Under the pieces are notes generated by a model, which was given only the letters and a program-made list of their open reading frames with translations, had not been told where the DNA came from and did not search any database. A DNA stretch of 64,000 nucleotides from a virus, in IMG/VR virus record IMGVR_UViG_3300021420_000016, positions 1 through 64,000 of that record; one strand, written 5' to 3'. Made by a program: the position numbers and the translations under genes. Below, one piece after another: positions 8,024 through 16,598 of this stretch. Position 1 is the stretch's first letter. Each line of letters starts with the position of its first letter.

Positions 8024-10597
8024 ATGACCCACCCCCTGTTCGCCGGCGAAGACGAAGACGAGGCCCTCAAAGACACCGACGGCATCACCGAAATCATCCA
8101 GCTCGACCCCAGCCGCATGGACGGCGTGTTCGCACCCGCGAACGGGGCCCCATTCCTGCTCATCAAGTCCATCGCCAACAGCACGGGGGGTGCCGCGATG
8201 ACGGCCGCCGCGACCGAAACCGACATCGAACTGACGGAGGAGGCCGCCGCCGGGCCAGGCACCGAAACCGCCAAGGGGCAGGCACCACCCGCCGAAGGGG
8301 AAGCCGCCAAGGACTCCACCGACGGCGACAACGGCGAAGCGGACGAGGGCGCCGAAGGCGAAACCGACGACGACGGGGGAGCCGAAGCCGACGCTGGCGC
8401 CGCCAAAGCCGCCACCCCGGAGCCGCCGCACGTGACCAAGGCCGCGATCAAGGCCGCCCGCAGCGCTTACGAGACCGCCCGCCGCGAGTACGACGCCGCC
8501 GAGCCCACCACCAAAGGCGCCATGGACGGCACCGACGTCCTCCGCGCCCGCGCCGACTGGAACAAGTGGCGCGAACTCGGCAAATCCGAAGGCCTCGACG
8601 GCACCGAAACCGGCCGCGCCCACTGGGTCGCCAAACACCTCGCCGAGGACGCAACCCCGGAGCTCACCCTGGGCGACGAGGTGATCAAGGCCGAGGAGAG
8701 CGTCTACAAGCGCAAGTTCACCACCGCGCAGCGCCGCAAAGCCGCCAGTGCAGGCCACGCCCTGGACGACGGCAGTTACCCCATCGAAAACGCCGGCGAC
8801 CTCGACAACGCCGCCCACCTCGCCCGCTCCGGCCACGGCAACGTCGCCGGCGCCAAGCGCCTCATCGCCCGCCGCGCCAAAGAACTCGGCGTGTCCAACC
8901 CCCTGTCCGAGGACAAGGAGCCGGTGGGTGCCAGTAAGGCAGCCGAGCCTGAGATGGCCGAAGAAACCACTACCACCACTGCGGCACCCCCGCTGGACCC
9001 GGCCGAGGCGGTGGAGAAGGCCGCCGCGGCGGGACTGATCAGCCGCGAAGTCGCCGACTCCCTCCTGGCCAAGGTCAAGCGCGGCGTCCCCGCCACGACA
9101 CAGCCCGCCGGGGCGCACCGCGAGCCCGACGGCTCCTACGTCGAATCCCTCGAACACGACGCCAGCCTGCCCAGCGACAGCGACGGCAGCTCCGACCACA
9201 TCCCCGCACCCGTCGCCGAAGCCGGCACGATCCCCCCGGCGAACGCGAACACCAGCGTGATGGCCGAGCGCGCGGGCAAATCCGCCCCGTACTCGGTGCA
9301 GCGGATGCACGACGCCCTATGCCCCGCCTACGACGAAGCCGACGTGATCGAGGCCTACCCGGCACTGAAGTCCGTCATGGACGCGGTCGACGGCGTCTGG
9401 TTCGAGGCGCAGGCCGCCTGGAAGCAGGCCGAGGGCAAGGCAAAGAAAGCCGCCAAGCTGACCGCCATCGCCAAAGCCGCCGAGAGCCTCCACGACGCCG
9501 ACCCCGCCGCCCTCGCCGACGCCCGCGCCGGCCTGCGCAAGGCGTTCACCGACGCCTACCCCGACACCAAGATCCGCCCCCAGTCCGGGATCAGCCCGTC
9601 CTCATTCCACCGGTCCTGGATCACCGCAGGCCACGAAGCGAACTCCCCGGCCATCACCGGCACCCAAGCCGCCTCCCCGGCACCCCCCGCGTCCCACGTG
9701 CCCGAGCCGCAGCAGTTCCAGCGCGGCAACCTCACCGCCGGCCACGAAACCCCCTCCCCGGGCGACCACGGGCCCAACAACCCTAACCCGCCCGGATCCT
9801 CCGGCAACGACTACTACTCCACCTCCGAGCAGATGATGGCCGCCGCCGCGATGCGTTCCGTCCACGACCACATCCAGGCCACCTTCGCCGGATGCTGCCC
9901 CATGGCCCCGGCCCGCCACGCCCTCCCCACCGGCCCGGGAATGGGCGCCACCAGCACACCGGAAAAGAAGGTCCCCATGTCCATGGGAGGCATCCCCACC
10001 GTCGGCAAATCCGAAAACGGCACCCTCGATTCACAGGCCCTCGCGGACCTCGCCGCGGCCCTCGTGCAGATCGCCAAGACCGCCACCCCCGACAGTGACA
10101 GCGACGGAGACGGCAAGGCGTTCGGCGGCAACCAGGCACCCCCGTTCGGCAAGAAAAAGAAGGGCAAAGGCAAGGCGAACAAAGCAGAACTGATCGCCGC
10201 CCTCAAAGAAGCCTCCGAAGCCGGCGCCCGCGCCGCCCTCGACGCGATGAAAGCCCACGGAGACGGCGCTGCCGTCCAGGCCGTCGTCGCCGAGCAACTC
10301 CGCGAAATCGGCGCCCGATACGACTCCCAGCTCTCCGACCTCACCAAGCAGGTCGAAGAACTGGGCTCCCAGCCCGACCCGGCGCAGGCCCCCGTGCGAG
10401 GCCAAATGAGCCGGCCGGAGACCGCAGCTCCCGTGGAGAAGCGCTCCCTGATCGACGAGCACCGCGCCGCCAAAGCCGCACAGGCCGAAGCCGAGCGCGA
10501 GGCTTTCACCGACTACGTCCGCATGCAAGCGCAGTCGGCTGACCCCAAGGTCCGTTCCCGCGCCGAGGAGGTGCTTCGCACTATCCCGGCGCCCTAG
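8024..10597 (+). CDS. Large capsid scaffold/maturation-associated protein (857 aa)
   Basis: SD AGGAGG; N-terminal PAN-xx-PFLLIKS motif, internal DGSYPIEN...IARRAKELG domain, acidic and low-complexity linkers, coiled-coil C-terminus; lies between protease and capsid. Confidence 0.7.
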   Translation: MTHPLFAGEDEDEALKDTDGITEIIQLDPSRMDGVFAPANGAPFLLIKSIANSTGGAAMTAAATETDIELTEEAAAGPGTETAKGQAPPAEGEAAKDSTDGDNGEADEGAEGETDDDGGAEADAGAAKAATPEPPHVTKAAIKAARSAYETARREYDAAEPTTKGAMDGTDVLRARADWNKWRELGKSEGLDGTETGRAHWVAKHLAEDATPELTLGDEVIKAEESVYKRKFTTAQRRKAASAGHALDDGSYPIENAGDLDNAAHLARSGHGNVAGAKRLIARRAKELGVSNPLSEDKEPVGASKAAEPEMAEETTTTTAAPPLDPAEAVEKAAAAGLISREVADSLLAKVKRGVPATTQPAGAHREPDGSYVESLEHDASLPSDSDGSSDHIPAPVAEAGTIPPANANTSVMAERAGKSAPYSVQRMHDALCPAYDEADVIEAYPALKSVMDAVDGVWFEAQAAWKQAEGKAKKAAKLTAIAKAAESLHDADPAALADARAGLRKAFTDAYPDTKIRPQSGISPSSFHRSWITAGHEANSPAITGTQAASPAPPASHVPEPQQFQRGNLTAGHETPSPGDHGPNNPNPPGSSGNDYYSTSEQMMAAAAMRSVHDHIQATFAGCCPMAPARHALPTGPGMGATSTPEKKVPMSMGGIPTVGKSENGTLDSQALADLAAALVQIAKTATPDSDSDGDGKAFGGNQAPPFGKKKKGKGKANKAELIAALKEASEAGARAALDAMKAHGDGAAVQAVVAEQLREIGARYDSQLSDLTKQVEELGSQPDPAQAPVRGQMSRPETAAPVEKRSLIDEHRAAKAAQAEAEREAFTDYVRMQAQSADPKVRSRAEEVLRTIPAP

Positions 10598-10612
10598 AAC
10601 CACGAACGCGCC

Positions 10613-10636
10613 GGCCCCCTTTTGTGGGGCCTTTTT
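10613..10636 (+). terminator. Intrinsic terminator-like hairpin just upstream of the capsid gene
   Basis: GGCCCC-7nt-GGGGCC-TTTTT. Confidence 0.6.
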
Positions 10637-10651
10637 CATGCCGTAGGAGGC

Positions 10652-11164
10652 ATGATGTCTGAAAACGAAGTGGCAATCCCTTACGGGAGCGCCGCCACCC
10701 CCGTCCTGGAAAGGACGGGCACCGACACCCGCTGGCACGCCGATGCGGACGTCGAGCGTTACCGCGCCCCGGACCTGATGCTGTCGGACAAAATGCCGAC
10801 GCTGGTCAAGGGCGCAGGATATGCCCGGGTCGGCGGCAATATGCCGCTGTCCGACGACGAGCAGATCTTCCGCCGTTCCATGAAGGCGGAGGACGCTTTC
10901 CGTGCCGCCATTTCCAAGGGCGTCAACGAGCCCCGCGAGGTGCTCAAGGGCCTCAAGCCCGAATTCGCTGGGCAGTTCGCCGCCTTTATGACGGCCGCGC
11001 CACAGAACCAGGGGCTGCGGCAACTGGCCAACCAGTTCGCCTCCGCCCTGAAGGACGTCCCTGGCGTCGACCAGGACGTCCTGAAGTCCATTACCACCAC
11101 GTCGCCGCTTGGGACAGGGTTCGTGCCCTTCGATCTCGTCGCCCCGAGCTCTCTCATCTACCCT
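10652..11164 (+). CDS. Major capsid protein exon 1
   Basis: Ends FDLVAPSSLIYP at ...TACCCT. Confidence 0.85.
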
Positions 11165-14100
11165 GGATGATCATGGGGCACTATGCCGTGAGGCATAGTC
11201 GCAAACCCCCGAGAATTGCTGGGACACCCACACCTACCTGCTTATGCCACAGCGTGAGGCGAAAGCCTGGCCGCGACGGCCTGAGAAATAGGCAGCAGGG
11301 GCAATCAGCAGCCGAGCCGCCCTGGCGCAAGCCGAGCGGAAGGTTCAGAGACTAGGCACGGGGGACCTGCTCGCGCAGGCCAAGGAATAGTCCGATCTGC
11401 ATGGAGACATGCAGAGCCATCCAGAAATGCGATGGCCCGCCGCAGTAAGCGGCGAGTAACAATTTTGGTGTATAGCCCTCTGCGCAACAAGCTCCCCCGA
11501 GTCCCGGGTCAGGGCGCGTCGCGCAGGCGCAAGGTCATCACCGGCGTCTCCGGCTCCCAGACCGGCCCGAGCGGCGGCAAGTTCGTCCGCCTCGGCATCC
11601 CGGAACTGGTCCAGTCCGGCGGCGCGATCGGCGGCACCAGTTCCGCAGTGAACTGGCCGCTCAACCTCCCCGGCACCGGAACCCAGGATGCCGTGGACCT
11701 CACCGTCCCTTGTCTAAACTAGGTAGGGGCCTCGCCCGGTGACGGGCGAGTGAAAACCGCGAGAACTGCTGGAACACCCGTATCACCTGCTCACGCCACA
11801 GCGTGGCCCGAAAGGGCGAGCGCGACGGCTTGAGAAGTGAGCAGCAGGGGCAATCAGCAGCCGAGGGCCTAAGGGCAACGCGCCTACGGTCAAGGTTCAG
11901 AGACTATGTACGCGGGATCTGGCATAATTGAATAATGGGCAACTGGTCAATGCGCGCCTTCGCCCCCGCCGAACAGCTTGACATCACCACCCGGTACGAC
12001 GCGGGGGAGAGCGTCAACGCTCTCCGCATCGAGTACAAGTGCGCGCCGGAAGCCATCCAGGCAACCCTGCGAGCTGCGGGAATCAAGCTGAGAACGCGGG
12101 CCGAATCGCAGCGCACCCCCCAGTTCCGTCAGCAATCGCGGGAGGCGCTGCTGCAGCGGCTCCCATGCATGCGAGGCCCGGCAACGGATACGCCTATCGA
12201 GCGGCGCCTATGCGACGCCCTGATGGCGGCGGGGATCGGATTCACAACCCAGTCCCTGCTGCTGGATCGCTACTTGGTGGATATAGAACTCCATCAGGCC
12301 CCTATCGTTCTTGAGGCCGACGGTGCGCAGCACACCCTGCGAGACCAGAGGATTAAGGACGCCGAACGCGACACCGCGCTGACTGCGGCCGGTTACCGGG
12401 TATTCCGGTTCACCGGCAGCAAGATCAACCACGACGCCGCCGTTTGCGTCAGGGAAGTCGTCGCCGCTTGCGGCCTGACGCCTGACGGCGATCCGGTCTA
12501 CGACATCCGTACACGGTTCGCCGGGCCGCTCCACCCACGCTGGACGCGGGTCAAGTTCACCTGCGAGCAGTGCGGCACGGAGTTCTGGAAGCCGCCGTCA
12601 CACCGCGCGTTTGGCCACGTCTTCTGCAAGCAGAGGTGTTACGGCGACTGGTTGCACGAACATCCTGAAGTCAACACCCACCGGCAGCGCCGCAGCCAGC
12701 GCGACTGGACGGGACTTGCCGAACTGTACGGCGCCGGGATGTCTATCAAGCAGCTAGGCATCCACTTCGGGTGCAGCAACAGGATGATCACGTCAGCAAT
12801 GCGCGACCAGAGCATCCCGGTCCGGCCAATAGGAGGCCGCCGCGTCAAGGGCGGGTTTTATGCGGCCGGGATCGCGCCATCGTAAAAGCCAGATCAAGAT
12901 ATAGTTCCGATCTTACGCGAGAGCGTGAGAGGACGGCGGAAACGACCGTCCCCGCCAGGTCATGCTGGTGAGTAACAACATGTACCGCTTCTGGGGATTG
13001 TCCGAGAACCTGAGCTGGCTCAGCCAGTTCGAGGGTTGGTCTATTTAACTGGCCCCCCTGCGGAGCGATCCGCAGGTGCAAACCGCACCGTAACGGTGAA
13101 CCCCACCGAGCTCGCCGGGGAATACCGTGGAAACCTCGCATCAGGGTTCCGTAGAGAGCAAACGTGTGGCACCTGCCACGGGGGGCTGTCCCGATGTCAA
13201 CGGGGACAGCAAACCGCAGGTGAAGTTGTGCTCCGGCCTGCACCGATGGAAAAGGTGCAGAGTCATCCAGAAATGAGATGACCCCCGCCTAAGGAATGGC
13301 GGGAGTAACAAACCGCAAGGGTTCGAGGACATTTCTGCACTGGCAAATCTTTTGCTGCTGCAGGAGTTCATGTTGAACGAAGAGGCGAGCCATCTGGGCG
13401 CCACTTCCATCGCCCTCTCCGCGCCGGCCGCGCCAACCCTCACCGCGAGGACGGCAAACACCGGAGAAACCGCGCTGACCGGTGTCACCACGAACGTCTT
13501 CGTGGAAGTCACCGCAGCCACCTTCTTCGGGGAAACCGCGGCCGGATCGTCGGCTTCCGTGGCCTGGTCCTCGGGCCAGGTTGTGGACGTGCAGATCGCA
13601 CCCGTCAAGGGCGCGATGTTCTACAAGATCTACACGACCACGGGGGCCTCCGCGGGCACCTACTACCTCAACGCCAACAACGTCGGCGGCCTGTACTACA
13701 CCCTCCAGGGTGCACTGCCCACCACGGGCACGCAGGCCCCGGCTTCCGATACCGGCACCTCCTCGGCCAACGACCAGGAGGGGCTGTTCTCGGTCCTGTC
13801 CGGCAACGCCGCGTCCGGCGGGTCGAACATCTATCCCGCGAACTGGGCTGCCGGTTACTTTACCCAGTCGGTTGGTGACACTCTGAAGACCTCCGTGCTG
13901 AACACGGCCCTTCAGCAGCTGTGGGACGGCACCGGCTCCGGCGTGGGGACCTATGGTTCGTACCGCGCCGACCCTGCGGAGATCATCGCCGAAGGTGGCG
14001 ACGTCGCCCGCCTGTCCAATGACATCGTGCAGCTTGGGGCTGCCACCAACTACCGCCTGTTCGTGGAGCAGTCGGAAGTGCCTGGTGTGCGCCTTGGTGC

Positions 14101-14686
14101 TGCCGTGTCGGAATTCCAGAATCCCGTGACGAGGTCCGTCGTCCGCGTGGTGGTCCACCCGTGGCTGCCGCAGGGCTCGGCTCTCCTGATGAGTTACACG
14201 ATGCCGTTCGCGTGGAGCAACGTCTCCAACGTGGTCGAGTTCGTGGCGGTCCAGGACTACCTCACTATGAGTAACTAGGGGCCTACGCAGAGTGATCTGC
14301 GTAGGGATGCGCACTGTTCGGGGAACCCCTCCGGAAATCACCGGGGAATCCCGAGCGTCGGCGATGCCTGCCGGCGTGTAGAGACTGTATGTGCGCCCTC
14401 TGTGTGACGGACGTAAATGCGAGGCATTACGTGCTTACGGCCGCAGAGGAAGAGACAGGCCGATCTCATGCAATGGCAAAGCATGAGAGGCTGGCAGAAA
14501 TGACCAGCCCCGCCACTTCGGTGGCGAGTAACAATATGCAGTATCTCCTGGCCCGTGATCGACGCCAGCTTCCGCTACAGCATGTTCATGCTGGGCGCGC
14601 TGGTCGTCAACGCTCCGTTCTACTGCTCGCTCATTCAGGGCCTGCAGAAGACCGACCGGTCCGGTTCCACCGGCACCTGGTCCTGA
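10652..14686 (+). CDS. Major capsid protein, spliced from 5 exons: join(10652..11164,11468..11710,12983..13036,13316..14262,14539..14686), about 634 aa
   Basis: SD AGGAGG (start 10652 or 10655); removing four U|...G introns gives an uninterrupted ORF: LIYP|VYSPLRNKLPRV, LTVP|YRFWGLSE, QFEG|QGFEDISAL, QDYL|SISWPVID; capsid position after protease and scaffold. Confidence 0.88.
11165..11467 (+). ncRNA. Group I intron 1 (303 nt, IC-like core with P5abc extension, no ORF)
   Basis: P AATTGCTGGGAC 11214, Q AATCAGCAGC 11303, R GTTCAGAGACTA 11343, S AAGGAATAGTCC 11382; P1 CCCU/GGGG; P3 CCCCCG/CGGGGG; GNRA-capped P2 and P9; terminal G. Confidence 0.93.
11468..11710 (+). CDS. Major capsid protein exon 2 (81 aa)
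   Basis: VYSPLRNKLPRV...AVDLTVP. Confidence 0.85.
11711..12982 (+). mobile_element. Group I intron 2 (1272 nt) with a homing endonuclease gene in the P8 loop
   Basis: P AACTGCTGGAAC 11764, Q 11852, R GTTCAGAGACTA 11895, S AAGATATAGTTCC 12896; IGS GGTA-GGGG pairs 3' exon TACC and 5' exon CCCT; P8 GATCTGGC/GCCAGATC brackets the ORF. Confidence 0.93.
11935..12885 (+). CDS. Intron-encoded Vsr/DUF559-type (EDxHD-like) endonuclease with HTH and Zn-finger domains
   Basis: TPIERRL...YLVD...LEADGAQH...DAERD...GYRVFRF; CEQC...FCKQRC; HTH-like segments at both ends. Confidence 0.88.
   Translation: MGNWSMRAFAPAEQLDITTRYDAGESVNALRIEYKCAPEAIQATLRAAGIKLRTRAESQRTPQFRQQSREALLQRLPCMRGPATDTPIERRLCDALMAAGIGFTTQSLLLDRYLVDIELHQAPIVLEADGAQHTLRDQRIKDAERDTALTAAGYRVFRFTGSKINHDAAVCVREVVAACGLTPDGDPVYDIRTRFAGPLHPRWTRVKFTCEQCGTEFWKPPSHRAFGHVFCKQRCYGDWLHEHPEVNTHRQRRSQRDWTGLAELYGAGMSIKQLGIHFGCSNRMITSAMRDQSIPVRPIGGRRVKGGFYAAGIAPS
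12983..13036 (+). CDS. Major capsid protein exon 3 (54-nt mini-exon)
   Basis: YRFWGLSENLSWLSQFEG; absent from the ORF track. Confidence 0.85.
13037..13315 (+). ncRNA. Group I intron 3 (279 nt, compact core, no ORF)
   Basis: P1 GGGU/GCCC; P2 with GCGA loop; P3 CCGCAC/GTGTGG; P4 ACGGT/ACCGT; P7 GAGAGCA/TGCTCC (compensatory variant); terminal G. Confidence 0.88.
13316..14262 (+). CDS. Major capsid protein exon 4
   Basis: QGFEDISALANLLLLQEFMLNEE...VHPWLPQG...VQDY. Confidence 0.88.
14263..14538 (+). ncRNA. Group I intron 4 (276 nt, compact core, no ORF)
   Basis: 5' exon ends TACCT, IGS GGG; P2 with GUGA loop; P4 TCGGG/CCCGA; R GTAGAGACTG; S AAGAGACAGGCC; shared 3' module; terminal G. Confidence 0.85.
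14539..14686 (+). CDS. Major capsid protein exon 5
   Basis: SISWPVIDASFRYSMFMLGALVVNAPFYCSLIQGL...stop, followed by a terminator. Confidence 0.85.
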
Positions 14687-14696
14687 AACCCGGCGA

Positions 14697-14729
14697 AGGC
14701 CCGGGCCGGGCGTTCCCCGGCCCGGGCCT
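14697..14729. terminator. Bidirectional terminator hairpin after the capsid gene
   Basis: 14-bp perfect IR AGGCCCGGGCCGGG/CCCGGCCCGGGCCT between convergent genes. Confidence 0.75.
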
Positions 14730-14747
14730 CCCGGCTCCCTTGATGCT

Positions 14748-15119
14748 TTAGATCATCGGGCTCTTTCTGATGATGCTGAAGTCCTCGTCCGCCGGGCCCC
14801 GGTTGTCGGCGTGGAACGCGAGTGACGACTGGCCGCCGAGCGCGTTGACGCAGGCGATGCACAGGTCTTCATCGGCGAACTCGTCCCCGCCGACGTAGAC
14901 CCCTGGCCAGTACTCATCGGCGCCGACTTGGAGCTTCGTGCCGCACAGCATGGGCGTCCGCTCGAACATCGCCTCTATGAACCGCTTAGTGTCGGCGGGG
15001 TCGTGTGGCTTGTATATGGTCACCACTTCACCCGGCATCCAGGGCAGGATGTGGACGCGGCCGGTCTTGGTGTTGCGGACGAACTCCAGCCGGCCGTCGG
15101 GTGCGATGCGGGCGCTCAT
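14748..15119 (-). CDS. Hypothetical protein
   Basis: 123-aa ORF, ATGA coupling, good codon bias. Confidence 0.65.
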   Translation of the reverse strand: MSARIAPDGRLEFVRNTKTGRVHILPWMPGEVVTIYKPHDPADTKRFIEAMFERTPMLCGTKLQVGADEYWPGVYVGGDEFADEDLCIACVNALGGQSSLAFHADNRGPADEDFSIIRKSPMI

Positions 15120-15829
15120 GATGCCGTCCTCGCCGACGCGAGCGGCGCGGGCATTAGGTCATCCCACGGGCAGCTCTGCGGGATGATGCACCGACCGCCC
15201 GGGTGGGCGTGATTGTCCCGTGTGATCACGTGACCGGAGCGGCAGGTCCACGCAGTGAAGTCCGCGTTCATCTGGCCGGGCTGGTAGCAGTGCCAATCCT
15301 CCGATCCGCCCACCCGGTGAGAGTCCGGGGTGCCTTCCTGCACGGTCGACGGGCAGTTGTGGTGGTCGCCGGGGCACTGGCCCTCGCCCCGAAGCGAACC
15401 CCGCTCCGCCTCGCAGATGCGGCAGCGCGCCAGTCTCGCAGGCTCGCCCGGTTCCAGGATTAGCGCGTGCCCTCTGGCGATACCCGGCAATGGTGGCATC
15501 GTGGCGATCTCTGCGATGGGCCGCCAGCCATCGTGTGTCCCCGTGACGTAGTCGCAGCGGCCGGCATCACCTAGGCACCACGGGCAGCACCACCAGCGGC
15601 ACCACTCGCCGTCGATGCAGCGCTCAATGACCGCGTCGGGGTGCTTGGAGCACTGGATCGAGCCCTCGTGAACCTCGTAGACCTCGTAGACCTCGGTCCA
15701 GATGTCCTCGGCAATCTCGCCGTCCGCAGCCAGTGGGCCGTGGACGGTAGCGGCGCCCCAGGCGGTCAGGTGCTCGCCGTGGCCGCAGTCGGCGCAGCGG
15801 TAGACGCTGGTCTCAGGTTTGGCGCTCAC
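15116..15829 (-). CDS. Cys/His-rich hypothetical protein
   Basis: GTGA-coupled start at 15829; several CxxC motifs. Confidence 0.6.
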   Translation of the reverse strand: MSAKPETSVYRCADCGHGEHLTAWGAATVHGPLAADGEIAEDIWTEVYEVYEVHEGSIQCSKHPDAVIERCIDGEWCRWWCCPWCLGDAGRCDYVTGTHDGWRPIAEIATMPPLPGIARGHALILEPGEPARLARCRICEAERGSLRGEGQCPGDHHNCPSTVQEGTPDSHRVGGSEDWHCYQPGQMNADFTAWTCRSGHVITRDNHAHPGGRCIIPQSCPWDDLMPAPLASARTAS

Positions 15830-16341
15830 AATGCCCCCTCTTCGGTTTCCTGCGCGAGTGCCAACTCCTCCAGTGCCCGGCGCAGGTTGTACGCCTGATT
15901 GGTGGGCATCCACAGGTTCCAGCCGGCGCGGTCTGCGAGGCCGTACGGTTCCATGGCCCGGCGCAGCGCCCTCCTGGTGTGGGCGACCGTGCGGGCGTCT
16001 ACGGGGCTGTCGTACTCGCAGACCTCGGTGGTGGTGATCGGGCCGCCGGCGTTGTCCCGGGTGCGTGCGATCAGGGCGTGAGCGACGCGGGCGACGCGGC
16101 GGGGGAGCGTGACCACGGCGGCGGTTTTGCCGCTGCCGGGGCAGACCTGTCGGCACATGGGCGGCCAGTCGTGGGTGGTGACGGTAGCTTCCGCCGCGGC
16201 CGGGCTGGCGGCTTCACCGGTGACCATCTTGTGGTGATGAGGGCATACGACGACCACGGGCACCTTGTGACCGGGGCATGTCTCATCGCACGGCTTGTTC
16301 CAAGGTTCGTGTGCGTGAGCCTGGGCCGGGCCGGTCATCAC
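15826..16341 (-). CDS. Hypothetical protein
   Basis: Translationally coupled within the antisense operon. Confidence 0.55.
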   Translation of the reverse strand: MMTGPAQAHAHEPWNKPCDETCPGHKVPVVVVCPHHHKMVTGEAASPAAAEATVTTHDWPPMCRQVCPGSGKTAAVVTLPRRVARVAHALIARTRDNAGGPITTTEVCEYDSPVDARTVAHTRRALRRAMEPYGLADRAGWNLWMPTNQAYNLRRALEELALAQETEEGAL

Positions 16342-16559
16342 AGGCTCGCTATCGCGGCTGCGGCCGCGTCGTCGTCGGCGTGCCCGCGGTCGAATGCCCA
16401 CTCAGCTACATCCATCGCAAACCTCTTGTCGCGGTAGGCGATCACGACTGCGGGCCCGTCTTGGTAGGCCCGGTTGCTGCGGTCGGCGGCGGTGTTGGCT
16501 TCCCGGGTGACTGCTTTGGCGTCGCGGGTGGAGAGGCACAGGAGACGGGTTTCGGCCAT
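16338..16559 (-). CDS. Small hypothetical protein
   Basis: ORF in the antisense operon. Confidence 0.5.
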   Translation of the reverse strand: MAETRLLCLSTRDAKAVTREANTAADRSNRAYQDGPAVVIAYRDKRFAMDVAEWAFDRGHADDDAAAAAIASL

Positions 16560-16598
16560 TGGGTCAGCCCTCATCTTTCCCCAGTTCTTGCGTGCCGC

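Noticed and set aside
11165-14538. Group II introns, inteins or IStrons
   Set aside because: No GUGYG/AY ends, domain V or RT; in-frame stops exclude inteins; no transposase or TnpB
10622-14751. Capsid ORF fragments as separate genes or a pseudogene; ORFs 11167, 12771, 13036 and 14389
   Set aside because: Fully explained by exons and intron RNA; the small ORFs are shadows of intron sequence
15671-15695. ACCTCGTAG tandem repeat
   Set aside because: Short in-frame 9-nt duplication (EVY) with no evident function
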